DNA of 64,000 bases, from IMG/VR virus record IMGVR_UViG_3300008952_000015, positions 1-64,000 of that record, one strand, 5' to 3'. Both the position numbers and the translations under genes were made by a program. The stretch comes from a virus. Position 1 is the stretch's first letter. Every line of letters starts with the position of its first letter. Shown here piece by piece: positions 46,406 through 56,604 of the stretch. The notes beneath the pieces are model-generated. The model did no database searches, was not told the origin of the DNA, and saw nothing but the letters and a program-made list of their open reading frames with translations.

Positions 46406-49400
46406 TCATCCCGATTCATCGCCGGCAACATTTGAGATTATGATATTAGGCACCGCAGTATTCTGGTTGCCCATTACAATCTGCGATCCGGTGCCTGATG
46501 TATTATAAAGCTCAGGTTCATATAAATTTCCAAGAATATCATTAGCGACAAACTGATACGTCTGACTAACATCAAAAATCAAACTCTCTGATGCATCATA
46601 GTATTTGAAAAATAAAGTATCACCCTCGCTGTTACTACGCAACTGCATCTCATAAATAATGCTCCCCGCATACGGTCCAAAAGGAGCTATGAGCTGTGTT
46701 GCAACCCCCCTTACCTTGCCATCCTCATCAAATGCTGCAAACAGATCTCCTTCTTCGGCAAAGCCAGAACCCTCGTTCATTGAAGGATTCACTACCCCCA
46801 CCGCTATAGTTGCCGTAAGTTCATAAGCGCCTGGATCATCTTCCCAATTAGGAGTGCTATCAGGCGGTGTGCCATTTATTGTGAGGGTGACAGTAGCCAT
46901 ACTGCTATCTGACTCTCCATCATTAACCACAAGCCCATACTCATGAACTCCTGCGCCAAGCGACTCTCCTGATCCGATGCCTAAAAGAGGAGTGCTCAAA
47001 GAGCCGGGATTTAACAGCGTAGGGGTTCCGCTATCCGCTGGCACGCTATAAAAAGAATACGACACTATCTGATCTCCATCGGGGTCGCTTCCAAGTCCAT
47101 TTAAATAATATACAATACTGTCTGGATCCCCCGACATGACGGGCTCTCCGCCAGGTGCTCCTGCGCTAATATACAAAGAAGCAGTAGGCGTCTGATTGGC
47201 TTCAATTACTGTAACTTCCCTTTTCCCCTCATCTGCAGAGCCTCCCTGGGGGTCTTCGACATTATATGTAACTATATAAACCCCTGGGGTAGAAGTGTCT
47301 ACGTTATTGGTCGTAACAATGCGTTCAGTTATATCGTTACCTTCTCCGTCATCGGCTGTTGCTCCTTCATCCATATACGAATCATGTTGTGAAACCGAGA
47401 CAGAAGAGGCCCCTGTTATAGTTATAATTGGCCTCTCATTTATAGCTAACTCAGAAAATGCAGTAAATAACTTGTCGAAGGTTCCGCTTCCTGTTTCAAT
47501 ATCGGGAACCACCGTATATTCCACCTGCTCACTCGTCTTCCAAACCTTAAGTACCATTAGGTTGCCCTCGACAGCCCCTGCTGATATTGGGCCGCTAAAA
47601 TCTGAAAAGTCGTAAGACATAATTCCTACCACCTCAAGTTGATTTCCGGTCCAGACGCCAGACCCAACTAAGACCTCTCCATACTCTGGATTTGTATCAG
47701 TTGGGTACAGAACACCATTCCGATCAAAAAGTCCGACTTCATCTCCGGGCTCTAATAACGTTATTGAGTCCAAAAGTATTGCTAGCGAAGATACTCCTGT
47801 GTCGGCTATACTTACTACAAAGTGACTCGGCTGAGGTCTGGCTACAGCAATTGTCTTCACAGCAACTGCTCCTGTATTTATCCCATCACTAGCTGTCAGC
47901 TTAACCGTATAGTCCCCCTCGGCATCTGGAGTCAAAAAAGCCTCAACAGTACCTGAGGTGCCCGTCATCTCCTGCGCACCGACCGGCGTAAGCTCTGCTA
48001 AAGAGCCAGCGGGCTGGTCCGTCATAAGCCACTCATAAGTAATTGTATCATCATAATCTTGGTCCCATACAAATGCTGTAAAATGAATCTGATCTGATAT
48101 CACAGGACTGTCCGGATAAGACTGTATGTCTGCAATATTTACAGCGACATTCGCAGGCACCACAGTGACCTCTCTAGTTACTTCATCTGCTGCCTGTCCA
48201 TGACTGTCCGTTACATTGTATCTGACAGTATAGGTGCCAGGAGTGGTCGTATCAACTGGATTTAGCGTATCAATACTAGGGGTCAAATCACCGTCCTCAG
48301 AGTCTATGGCTGTAGCTCCAGCGTCAACGTAACTCACATCAGCACCTGCTATAATATCCGGAACATCTAAGGGGGGATTAGGCGTTATTACAGGCTTGTT
48401 ATTTGCCAAGCATCTAACGGTTCTAGAGGCAGTTGTTACGTTTCCAAAGCTGTCCGTAACGCTATATATAACTTGACTCTCACCTTCGGTCGATGTGTTA
48501 ACTGGCAGCCCCTCTATCATAATTTGATCAGAGGTGTATACCCCATCAACATCATCAACAGCATAAGCGCCCTTATCGTAATAAGGTGACTCGCCAGGTC
48601 CATGAAGAGCATCCTCTGCCGCTCCATATGTATCTCCCACCGTAATCTCAACTATTTGATCTCCGTATACAGTTATTATAGCAGGATCGTCAGGAATCAC
48701 ATCAACTATTCTAATTCCAATTTCTGAGTTTCCAACAGAGTCTGTTGCCGTATATATAACCTCGTTGCCTAAGCTTGAAGTTGATGTATCAATAGGCAAT
48801 CCGCTAATCATAATGTCAACGGAGCCGCCCTCTGGGTCAACAGCATAAGCGCCCATATCATAATCAGGGAGACCATTAAGGGCATCCTCCGCCTCTCCGT
48901 ACTCACCATAGCTAGGAGTTTGCCTAATAATCTTTGGATTATCACCCAAGACAACCACCTCTGGAGGCTGATTAGGCATACAGTATGTAGTATTTATTGC
49001 AGCAACACTATCTAGTTGACCATCATTTACTACCAAGCTTATCTCGTAAGTACCCTCTGCATCTGGAATAAAAACTCCTGTTGATGAGGAAAGATCATCT
49101 AAGCTTATGTAGGATCCTTGTGGCTGACTAACAAAACTCCATACATATTCTATGCTATCTCCATCTGGATCTGAAGAGCCGGTAGCATCAAGGGATACCT
49201 CGGTCCCAACAACTGTGTATGGATCAACAGTAAAAGATGCTATCGGGGCACTATTTGTATTTTCTATATAACAACTAAAATCTGCAGGAACGCTATATGC
49301 GTTATTAGCTCTAACTACTAATGAGACATCTAGATCTATATTTAGCATCTTTGCAAATATCCGATCGCTGGTATCTATTGTAAAGACCGGCTTGCTCATT

Positions 49401-52099
49401 ACTCCAAGCTCTTCTCCATTTATAAATAAAGTCCACATATATTCGTCTATGACATCACCATCGTGATCATAAGAGCCTCTTCCATCAAATGTAAGGACGG
49501 CTCCCATCTCAACAATCTCGCCATTATAAACGGGCGTATCTCCATTAAATACTTTAATATCGGCAATTGGAGGCATATCCATATTATCACAGGGACAATA
49601 ATTAGACATTATAAACCAATGATTGACTCTCGTCTTCATCTTATCGTTCTTATCCGTTATGCAGCAAACTTGAACTGTATTCTTTGGTGGCAAGATATAG
49701 CCTCGAAACAACGGCTCACCATCCAATGTATCCATGCTGTTATCGCTAACTATAGGAATCGGAACATAAAGCTGCCGATTATGAGTCACTTCCGGCAACG
49801 GCCTATATTGCGCATCTATATGCCCGCCTCCTGTCGTATAACTAGTATTAGTTGTAGCATAAAGGGCTCCATTCGTATCGAGTGAATCAGCTGATGCGTT
49901 AAGTCCAAACGAGTCAACTGATGCGCTCACATTAGAAATATAGGTGTTGGTCGAAGCATAAAACATTCTATTTGAGCCAAGAGAATCTACTGATACATTT
50001 ACTGAGTCGAGAGTCGCAACCTTATATATCCCCTCCGAATCAAACGCGTCAGTTGCATCACTAAACACCCTGATATCGCCGGTTGTTCGAAAGAATGTAT
50101 CTTTAATATTAAGCGAATCAACCGATGCTTCCATAAGTTCAAAAGTATACTCATCTTCGCTATAGACCGCCATAGCAGGCGTCACATGATGGTAGGCATT
50201 CGTGCTATAACTCGCAGCCGTACTACGGGTCTTTATGCCTGCATTTGAAACCTTGCCCAAATAAATAGACATATTTTTTATCCAAAAATTATCTCCAGTT
50301 TCAAACTCACCGAGCTGCGGATTCCCTTCCGGCGTATCTAATGTTGCGTTGGTCGTTGCTCCATCTGATGTTGCGTTGGTCGTTGCTCCATCTGACGTAT
50401 AATAAGGGCCTGGATCAGGAGGAACGGGAGGTGTCGGTTCCTCTCCTAAGGTCGGATCACGCCAGTCAGGTAATGGGGGGAAGTGAGGAATCACTACTCT
50501 GCTGCGACCATCCCAAACTCCTGCAACAATTATCATCGCCCCTATGTCTTCTGTATCAAGAACAATATCTCCACCATCTTGGGGCCAGGTTTTTATCCTT
50601 GGCTCCACAGGGTGCTTTCTTGGAGGCTCATGAAATAAATCTCCAGTCTTTTCGTCCCAAACAACATTTGCTCCAGTACCGCGAGGCAAATCATTTATTC
50701 TTACCGGCGGAACTCCCGAAGTATCCTTTACATGTAACTTTCTCTTGGGCTCTCCGGCATTACTTGAAACTCCGATACCAAGATTTAATTTAGAATCTAT
50801 TCTTATTGAGTCATCACCAGAAAACTGCCCGCCCTTATTATATTGAATAGACCCAGGAGGTTGGGAGGGCTCGCCTCCCTTTCCAAGCTTTACTATCTTT
50901 CCATCTTTATCCTTATAGTATAGCTTATTTTCCTCTAAGGCAGCACCATTCTCATCTACACTTCCTGCTATGGCTACAAATATAGCTCCCTTGCCTGGGC
51001 CAGTAGGCACCCCTGGCTGATGCTGGTCGGCATCGCCATTGGGGTTAACCTCTGAAAAAATAATTCCGATAGGATCTATACAGCCCGTTACGTCAATGTC
51101 TCCATCAAAAAAGGCAACCATATCATTAACCGGACATCCACTTGGCGATGCAAGTTGTGGCTCTCCATATAGCTTTACTTTGCCTCCACAGAAGCTACTG
51201 TCTCCTCCTACAACCTCGAACCTGTTAGTTGGAGTCTCTGTTCCTATACCAACGTTACCATCACTTTTTATAATAACTCTTGTGTGAGTGCTCCAGTTTA
51301 TACCACCGGGTCCAGAAGGCCTTGTTACGAGTCTCAACTCAGATGATACATCACCATCCGAAGGAATCCCGTCTACTCTAAACTGAATGCCCCCAGCTTT
51401 CCCATAACTATCTCCATCCCAGCCTCTCGCAACTATTGTCCCTAAATAGTCACCGTCCTGTACGGTGTCTCCTGATCTTGACTTATCAAAGTATGCGTCT
51501 GGGCCGTAAATCGATTCATCAGACTCTCTTAGTATCAGAGTATCAGTGTTATCATAAGAGCCGATGGCCAGCTTTGCGTCTGGAGAAGAAACCCCTATGC
51601 CTACTCTATGCTGATTGTAATCAAAGACAAAAGTTGGGCTCCCTCCGAGATGCCCTCCCTCGTTGTATTGAACATGGGTATCATCCCCACCAATCATCGT
51701 TGAGAGGTCTAAGTAATAACACTTCTCTCCTGTATCAGGATCAACGTCATACACGGGAATAGCAAACCCCTCCCCATGGGGTCCATATTGATCTTCAGGG
51801 TAACATTGTATATTATCTTTATTTACAGCCGGTGTAGTTCCACCGGTTCCGCCTAAATTAGCATGAGAAAGCGTTCCTCTAACATGCGCACCTTGTGTTA
51901 AAAGTACCTTAGACGCATGACCGTCTGCATGATCACCATCATGAATGTGGCCTGCCACAAGTGGGTGGTATTGATCTTCCGCATAAAGAGATAAGTTATG
52001 GGCATACTCTCCCCCATAGAGAGCATTCATAACATCAGCTGTAACAACAGTTACGGCCGATGTATATCTGGTAAGCTTTTTGTTGCTATCAGTTGCCAT
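46406..52099 (-). CDS. Tail fibre/adhesin with PKD and DUF5011-like Ig repeats
   Basis: Fibre motifs VQYNEGG, RVGIG..SP, GNVGIGTETP; PKD-like FDGRGSYDHDGD and LDATGSSDPDGD; DUF5011-like DAGATAIDSEDGDLT..VDTTTPGTYTVRYNVTD. Confidence 0.8.
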   Translation of the reverse strand: MATDSNKKLTRYTSAVTVVTADVMNALYGGEYAHNLSLYAEDQYHPLVAGHIHDGDHADGHASKVLLTQGAHVRGTLSHANLGGTGGTTPAVNKDNIQCYPEDQYGPHGEGFAIPVYDVDPDTGEKCYYLDLSTMIGGDDTHVQYNEGGHLGGSPTFVFDYNQHRVGIGVSSPDAKLAIGSYDNTDTLILRESDESIYGPDAYFDKSRSGDTVQDGDYLGTIVARGWDGDSYGKAGGIQFRVDGIPSDGDVSSELRLVTRPSGPGGINWSTHTRVIIKSDGNVGIGTETPTNRFEVVGGDSSFCGGKVKLYGEPQLASPSGCPVNDMVAFFDGDIDVTGCIDPIGIIFSEVNPNGDADQHQPGVPTGPGKGAIFVAIAGSVDENGAALEENKLYYKDKDGKIVKLGKGGEPSQPPGSIQYNKGGQFSGDDSIRIDSKLNLGIGVSSNAGEPKRKLHVKDTSGVPPVRINDLPRGTGANVVWDEKTGDLFHEPPRKHPVEPRIKTWPQDGGDIVLDTEDIGAMIIVAGVWDGRSRVVIPHFPPLPDWRDPTLGEEPTPPVPPDPGPYYTSDGATTNATSDGATTNATLDTPEGNPQLGEFETGDNFWIKNMSIYLGKVSNAGIKTRSTAASYSTNAYHHVTPAMAVYSEDEYTFELMEASVDSLNIKDTFFRTTGDIRVFSDATDAFDSEGIYKVATLDSVNVSVDSLGSNRMFYASTNTYISNVSASVDSFGLNASADSLDTNGALYATTNTSYTTGGGHIDAQYRPLPEVTHNRQLYVPIPIVSDNSMDTLDGEPLFRGYILPPKNTVQVCCITDKNDKMKTRVNHWFIMSNYCPCDNMDMPPIADIKVFNGDTPVYNGEIVEMGAVLTFDGRGSYDHDGDVIDEYMWTLFINGEELGVMSKPVFTIDTSDRIFAKMLNIDLDVSLVVRANNAYSVPADFSCYIENTNSAPIASFTVDPYTVVGTEVSLDATGSSDPDGDSIEYVWSFVSQPQGSYISLDDLSSSTGVFIPDAEGTYEISLVVNDGQLDSVAAINTTYCMPNQPPEVVVLGDNPKIIRQTPSYGEYGEAEDALNGLPDYDMGAYAVDPEGGSVDIMISGLPIDTSTSSLGNEVIYTATDSVGNSEIGIRIVDVIPDDPAIITVYGDQIVEITVGDTYGAAEDALHGPGESPYYDKGAYAVDDVDGVYTSDQIMIEGLPVNTSTEGESQVIYSVTDSFGNVTTASRTVRCLANNKPVITPNPPLDVPDIIAGADVSYVDAGATAIDSEDGDLTPSIDTLNPVDTTTPGTYTVRYNVTDSHGQAADEVTREVTVVPANVAVNIADIQSYPDSPVISDQIHFTAFVWDQDYDDTITYEWLMTDQPAGSLAELTPVGAQEMTGTSGTVEAFLTPDAEGDYTVKLTASDGINTGAVAVKTIAVARPQPSHFVVSIADTGVSSLAILLDSITLLEPGDEVGLFDRNGVLYPTDTNPEYGEVLVGSGVWTGNQLEVVGIMSYDFSDFSGPISAGAVEGNLMVLKVWKTSEQVEYTVVPDIETGSGTFDKLFTAFSELAINERPIITITGASSVSVSQHDSYMDEGATADDGEGNDITERIVTTNNVDTSTPGVYIVTYNVEDPQGGSADEGKREVTVIEANQTPTASLYISAGAPGGEPVMSGDPDSIVYYLNGLGSDPDGDQIVSYSFYSVPADSGTPTLLNPGSLSTPLLGIGSGESLGAGVHEYGLVVNDGESDSSMATVTLTINGTPPDSTPNWEDDPGAYELTATIAVGVVNPSMNEGSGFAEEGDLFAAFDEDGKVRGVATQLIAPFGPYAGSIIYEMQLRSNSEGDTLFFKYYDASESLIFDVSQTYQFVANDILGNLYEPELYNTSGTGSQIVMGNQNTAVPNIIISNVAGDESG
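50341..50395. repeat. 27-bp tandem duplication encoding SDGATTNAT x2
   Basis: atgttgcgttggtcgttgctccatctg x2. Confidence 0.9.
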
Positions 52100-52100
52100 C

Positions 52101-55100
52101 TTACCCTATAACCTCTTGTGCATATTTCCCTAAAAATAAGAGGTTCTCCACCACGTCTGCTCTAGCCATAAGACTCTCGCCTATAAGCTCTCTCCCTGTT
52201 CCATTTGCATTCGCATACATATTAGCATGAGTAGAGAGAGGGACGACAGTAGAATTCCCCGTATTATTGACAACATATAAACTAAACTGCGGCGGCCACG
52301 CCTTAGGGCCGGTTGCGTTACCCCAGGGAGCATGTGGCTGCGGCCAACGACCATCTGCCTTAAAGCCAGGATCTCCCAAGTTATCCTTATAAGCATTTAA
52401 AGGAGTTGTTGGAATACCATTTTCTATGTTCCATTCAGGGCAAAAGGCTATACTAAAGTCTGAGCCTGTTAGTCCCGCAGGTGATGGCGGGCCTGCAAGG
52501 TGGCCGGGATCAAATAACTCAAGGGGGCGATAAGTACCCATGTTATGCTCCGGATCAGTACTCATAACATCCGTTAATATTCCACCATATTTGCCCGACC
52601 CATCAGGCTGAACCGATATATAACCCTTATACGTAAAAGAGATTACCTCATGCCACCCAATTCCATATGGGCCTCCATCGGTAGGGGCGTGTTGTGGATC
52701 TCTGGTTGTATAACTTATCGTGCCATTTATAACAAACTGATAACTGGCAGGATACCTTGGAATAAAACACCTATCCCCTTCATGCGGCCCACCAGATGGT
52801 TCATCATGACCTCCATCTAAATATGCTTTAAACTCAAACCACGGAGGCCCAGAATTCACCGGATACCAGTCTTCTGTTCCATCCGCATTCACATCATCAG
52901 TAATTTCGCTTTTATTATAGCTCCAACTACCATAGAAGGTCAAAGAAGAGGCCTGTGCTGTACCGGGCTGATCCCATGTAGTCTTCTTTATATCATTCCA
53001 AGGAGAGCCAAGCAAGACCATGTGATCGGGCTGAGCAGGCGGTGGGGAGGTCGGGTATGATGCGGGATATATCGGTGGGCGATGTTGATAAGACGCTGGA
53101 CCAAACCCTTGTCCTACAAACTTTTTATGTAAATGTCCTCCAGACGCATACACACGCTGTCCGTATAAGTAAGAGTAACTCTCCTTGCCTTGTGCTATAC
53201 AAAAAAGAGGCTCGGACAGGCCCGTCAATGTCCACTTTGTGTTAGGGTTTCCATTCGGGTATAGCCCCCAGATTGGTCCCATATGATCCATGGGGAAGAA
53301 GTATTTTTTTACGAGATTTGAAGTCCCATTAAGTATGGAGGAATGATGCCCCCCCTCTATAATATTTGAATAATGATAAGGAAGAAGCTCATAAGGAGGA
53401 TGCTTGGTTCCGGCTCTATGATCAATAAAAGCTCCGCCGCCAAGTATGCTAGACCCATAGCTAGAAGAAATGTGATTCCTTTGGCCGCCCAAGATAGATG
53501 AGTAAAGGCTGTTGTCTAAAAATGTACCAGCAACTGCTGAAGAATGTTCTGGGGAGCTTGTTATAACGTTACTAACACCTCCGACAATATAGGATGTTTG
53601 GACTCCGAACCCTGACGATCCCCAATGTCGTGGATTCGAAGCGCCAAAGTGAGGCCACCTTGGACCAGCACTAGGTTCAGCCCACGGAGCTAAGCATCCC
53701 CAAAACGCATTGTGACTTGGATCTGGATCTCCTTTATGTGGCGTATGATTTATGCCGTTACCAATTCCTCCGAAAATCCCTGAATAGAGCACATCTGTAG
53801 AGTATTGGTCCTGAAGTATAACGTTGTTTCCGCCGCCAACAATGATGTCGTTAAACATCATCTTATAGGGACCTACTGAGCCAAAGGCGGTCAGCTCATT
53901 GTTTACTCCTCCGAAAATTTGAGAATGCGAATTGCCCGACTCCACTCCGCCCATTCGACAGTTATCACTACCAATTATAAAATTAAAAGAAGGCTTTACA
54001 GGCCCCCCAGTAATATGATTACCTGACCCCCCAATCACTCCGGAGAAATGTGACGGAGTCCCTTTTATAATCCTGGTATTAAAAGATGTATACCCCTCTC
54101 CTATCGTAAGTGGCTCGGCATTAGATCCGTGTCCAAAGAGAATACTGTTACTAGACTCTCTTATCGAACCAAACGATCCGCCTATACTTATTGATTTGTT
54201 TCCAGAGATACGAACATTATCTCCGCCTATGATAGTAGAGTTATAGCCATAAATAGTGTTGACCTTACCCCCGATGATAGTACCGAAATCAGGCTTTGGC
54301 CAGGGGGAAGCTGGATCAAACTTGAGAATATTTCTTTCCCCCCCAGCAACTATAGAGGCGTCCGAAAAGATCTCGTTCTTCACCCCTCCAGAAATAATAG
54401 AAGCGGCCCCACTTACTACATTTTCAGTACCGCCAGAGATGGTGGAGAAATCGCCTGCTACTCGCTGCGATATACCTCCGCCGATAGAAGAGGCTTCTCC
54501 TACTACCAGATTCTTGTATCCGCCTAAAATAGAAGAGGAATCTCCGTCTACAGTATTATTAGACCCCCCTCCTATTACCTGCCCCCTTGGGCTCGCAGGA
54601 GGCACTGTTGTCTTTGTCTTATTGTTACGGCCTCCTGAAATTGCAGAGAAATCTCCTTCTGCAACGTTGTTATGCCCGCCGCCCACAGCGGTATGAAGCC
54701 CAACAGTAACATTGCGATTACCTCCGGAGACTACGGATTCAAAGCCATACGCCTTATTCTCCCGCCCTCCGCCAATACACGCGCCTTCCTCTTGAATAAT
54801 GTTTCCATGACCACCTGCAATATTTGAATGTATTGCAGAAATAGTTGCTTTATTTCCCTCTCCTCCAGAGACCACAGAATACTGCCCACTAGCAAGGTTG
54901 TCTTTGCCTCCGCCAACAGCGGCCCCTCTCTCTGTCGCAGAAGTGTTAAATCCTAAGGCAACAGAGAAATCGCCTCGATTACTAACGTCCCATGCATCTC
55001 CAGTAACAGCTCCCGCTCTAAAGGCTCCCTTTGATTTGTCAAATTGGAAGCGACTATCTCCCTCCCCTCCGGCTAAATCAAGATCGTCCAACGATGATGA

Positions 55101-55616
55101 TCCAAACACAAAGTCAAACCCCGTAGACGTGTCCCAAACATCCGGAATGGGGATGTAATTAGTTCCATCAAAGGTTGTACTCCTTTGTCTTATTAGCTTG
55201 GGCTGTGTACCATCTCCCGCAGGATCTTCATCTTCTTGAAAAACAAGGTCTGCACGTATATGTCTTAGATCTAAATAGTAATAAGTCTTTAGATCGACAG
55301 GATCTACCCTATACTCTGGTATAGCATTTTCTACATGTACGCCGTCCCGAACATTTCTCTTCGTAACTGCGTCATCACCAAGGTTTGGATTTGTTAACTG
55401 GTCTGTTACATGGTCAACTAAATGTACCCGAGGAGCGTGACCGTCACCCCTTAATCCAGAGTGTACGTGTCCACGCACACGCGGATCTTCGTCGTCCATA
55501 GAGTCTGCGTCAGCCGAACCATACAGTCCTCCAAAAATAGAGTTTGCAAAATCTGCTGTTACAACAGTAACGGTAGATTTAAACTTCGTTAGTTTTATGT
55601 CACTGTCCGTAGCCAT
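52101..55616 (-). CDS. Tail fibre/spike with Gly-rich S-x-I-x-GG-x-x-N beta-helix repeats
   Basis: Many ~14-aa repeats (SVVSGGEGN, SNIAGGHGN, SAISGGRNN, STISGGTEN) after FDKSKGAFRAG; N-terminus paralogous to the neighbouring fibre. Confidence 0.8.
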   Translation of the reverse strand: MATDSDIKLTKFKSTVTVVTADFANSIFGGLYGSADADSMDDEDPRVRGHVHSGLRGDGHAPRVHLVDHVTDQLTNPNLGDDAVTKRNVRDGVHVENAIPEYRVDPVDLKTYYYLDLRHIRADLVFQEDEDPAGDGTQPKLIRQRSTTFDGTNYIPIPDVWDTSTGFDFVFGSSSLDDLDLAGGEGDSRFQFDKSKGAFRAGAVTGDAWDVSNRGDFSVALGFNTSATERGAAVGGGKDNLASGQYSVVSGGEGNKATISAIHSNIAGGHGNIIQEEGACIGGGRENKAYGFESVVSGGNRNVTVGLHTAVGGGHNNVAEGDFSAISGGRNNKTKTTVPPASPRGQVIGGGSNNTVDGDSSSILGGYKNLVVGEASSIGGGISQRVAGDFSTISGGTENVVSGAASIISGGVKNEIFSDASIVAGGERNILKFDPASPWPKPDFGTIIGGKVNTIYGYNSTIIGGDNVRISGNKSISIGGSFGSIRESSNSILFGHGSNAEPLTIGEGYTSFNTRIIKGTPSHFSGVIGGSGNHITGGPVKPSFNFIIGSDNCRMGGVESGNSHSQIFGGVNNELTAFGSVGPYKMMFNDIIVGGGNNVILQDQYSTDVLYSGIFGGIGNGINHTPHKGDPDPSHNAFWGCLAPWAEPSAGPRWPHFGASNPRHWGSSGFGVQTSYIVGGVSNVITSSPEHSSAVAGTFLDNSLYSSILGGQRNHISSSYGSSILGGGAFIDHRAGTKHPPYELLPYHYSNIIEGGHHSSILNGTSNLVKKYFFPMDHMGPIWGLYPNGNPNTKWTLTGLSEPLFCIAQGKESYSYLYGQRVYASGGHLHKKFVGQGFGPASYQHRPPIYPASYPTSPPPAQPDHMVLLGSPWNDIKKTTWDQPGTAQASSLTFYGSWSYNKSEITDDVNADGTEDWYPVNSGPPWFEFKAYLDGGHDEPSGGPHEGDRCFIPRYPASYQFVINGTISYTTRDPQHAPTDGGPYGIGWHEVISFTYKGYISVQPDGSGKYGGILTDVMSTDPEHNMGTYRPLELFDPGHLAGPPSPAGLTGSDFSIAFCPEWNIENGIPTTPLNAYKDNLGDPGFKADGRWPQPHAPWGNATGPKAWPPQFSLYVVNNTGNSTVVPLSTHANMYANANGTGRELIGESLMARADVVENLLFLGKYAQEVIG

Positions 55617-55637
55617 AACGCCTCTTGCCCAGTCTTT

Positions 55638-55922
55638 TTACTCAGACTCTTTAAAATGCTTCTTAACCTTATCACTTACTTTAAACTTCACTGACTTATA
55701 TGGCTTTAGCATCATTTTCTCTTGAGTTTTCGGGTTTCTAACAGGTCTTGCGGAATGCTCATATAAAAAGAACTTTCCAAAGCCTACGATGGAAACTTCT
55801 CCATCCTCTTCTAGCCCACTAATAATAGACTTGATCATCTCGTCTATCACCTGCAGGGCTTCCTTTTGAGAAAGGAGTGTTTTATCTGAAATATTTTTAG
55901 CCAATTCTCTTTTGTTTATCAT
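55638..55922 (-). CDS. hup: HU/IHF family DNA-binding protein
   Basis: NKRELA...VSIVGFGKF...ARPVRNPKTQE......VKFKVS. Confidence 0.93.
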   Translation of the reverse strand: MINKRELAKNISDKTLLSQKEALQVIDEMIKSIISGLEEDGEVSIVGFGKFFLYEHSARPVRNPKTQEKMMLKPYKSVKFKVSDKVKKHFKESE

Positions 55923-55972
55923 ACCTAACCCTATATGCGTGCATATGCGTGCATTACTGATACAAACATTAT

Positions 55973-55980
55973 TATTAATA
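55973..55980 (-). promoter_or_regulatory. Candidate late promoter TATTAATA upstream of the HU-fibre run
   Basis: Same octamer as at 18955-18962. Confidence 0.4.
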
Positions 55981-55988
55981 GTAAGAGG

Positions 55989-56204
55989 CTAAAGAGTTTC
56001 CTCGTCAGAGAATTGGTCGGCGTGCTGTTTTGATTTCTGGTAATCTTCTTCTAATTGCCCAGGGTTTTCTCTATAGTGTCCATAAACTCTAGATAAATCA
56101 CCGTCGTCTGATACAGGGTCTATCCCGTAGTTCTCATACATCTGGTCGACCTTCTTCTTTAAAGCCTCATTCTCTAGCTCGATCTTTGTTTTCTTTGGTG
56201 ACAC
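55989..56204 (-). CDS. Hypothetical protein
   Basis: GGAG RBS with GTG start. Confidence 0.6.
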   Translation of the reverse strand: MSPKKTKIELENEALKKKVDQMYENYGIDPVSDDGDLSRVYGHYRENPGQLEEDYQKSKQHADQFSDEETL

Positions 56205-56221
56205 CGCTACTCCGATAATCC

Positions 56222-56602
56222 TTAATGCAAATCTGCCTTCTTAACAACAGCTCTGCATACCTCTATCATAGACTCCTTTGACATCTTTAGCTTTAAAGCA
56301 TTAACACAATAGGCGCACCAGACAACGTTCCCTTTAACGTAGCCTAGTAGGGGGTCTACACAGTCGAGCGACATCTTAAATGGGTCATGAGTTCTGGAGG
56401 CATCTGACTTTACAACATTCAGCTTTATACCCGAATAAAAGCACTTTCCACCTTGCTCCTCAAACATGGTCATTACATCATCCCTCGTTAGGTCAAATGG
56501 TATGTTTTTCTTAGAAGCCCTAGAGCGGGCATTAGTTACTGCTCTTCCAAACATTATGTTGGGGTAATTCAAGCACTTCTGTCTCCATCCAATCTCAGTC
56601 AT
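56222..56602 (-). CDS. His-Me/HNH-like phage endonuclease family protein
   Basis: QGGKCFYSG...MSLDCVDPLLGYVKGNVVWCAYCVNALK resembles the SLDRID..GY..NV..C...N..K family. Confidence 0.7.
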   Translation of the reverse strand: MTEIGWRQKCLNYPNIMFGRAVTNARSRASKKNIPFDLTRDDVMTMFEEQGGKCFYSGIKLNVVKSDASRTHDPFKMSLDCVDPLLGYVKGNVVWCAYCVNALKLKMSKESMIEVCRAVVKKADLH

Positions 56603-56604
56603 GT

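Noticed and set aside
46406-55616. Diversity-generating retroelement targeting the fibres
   Set aside because: No reverse transcriptase and no template/variable repeat pair differing at adenines was seen in the window.
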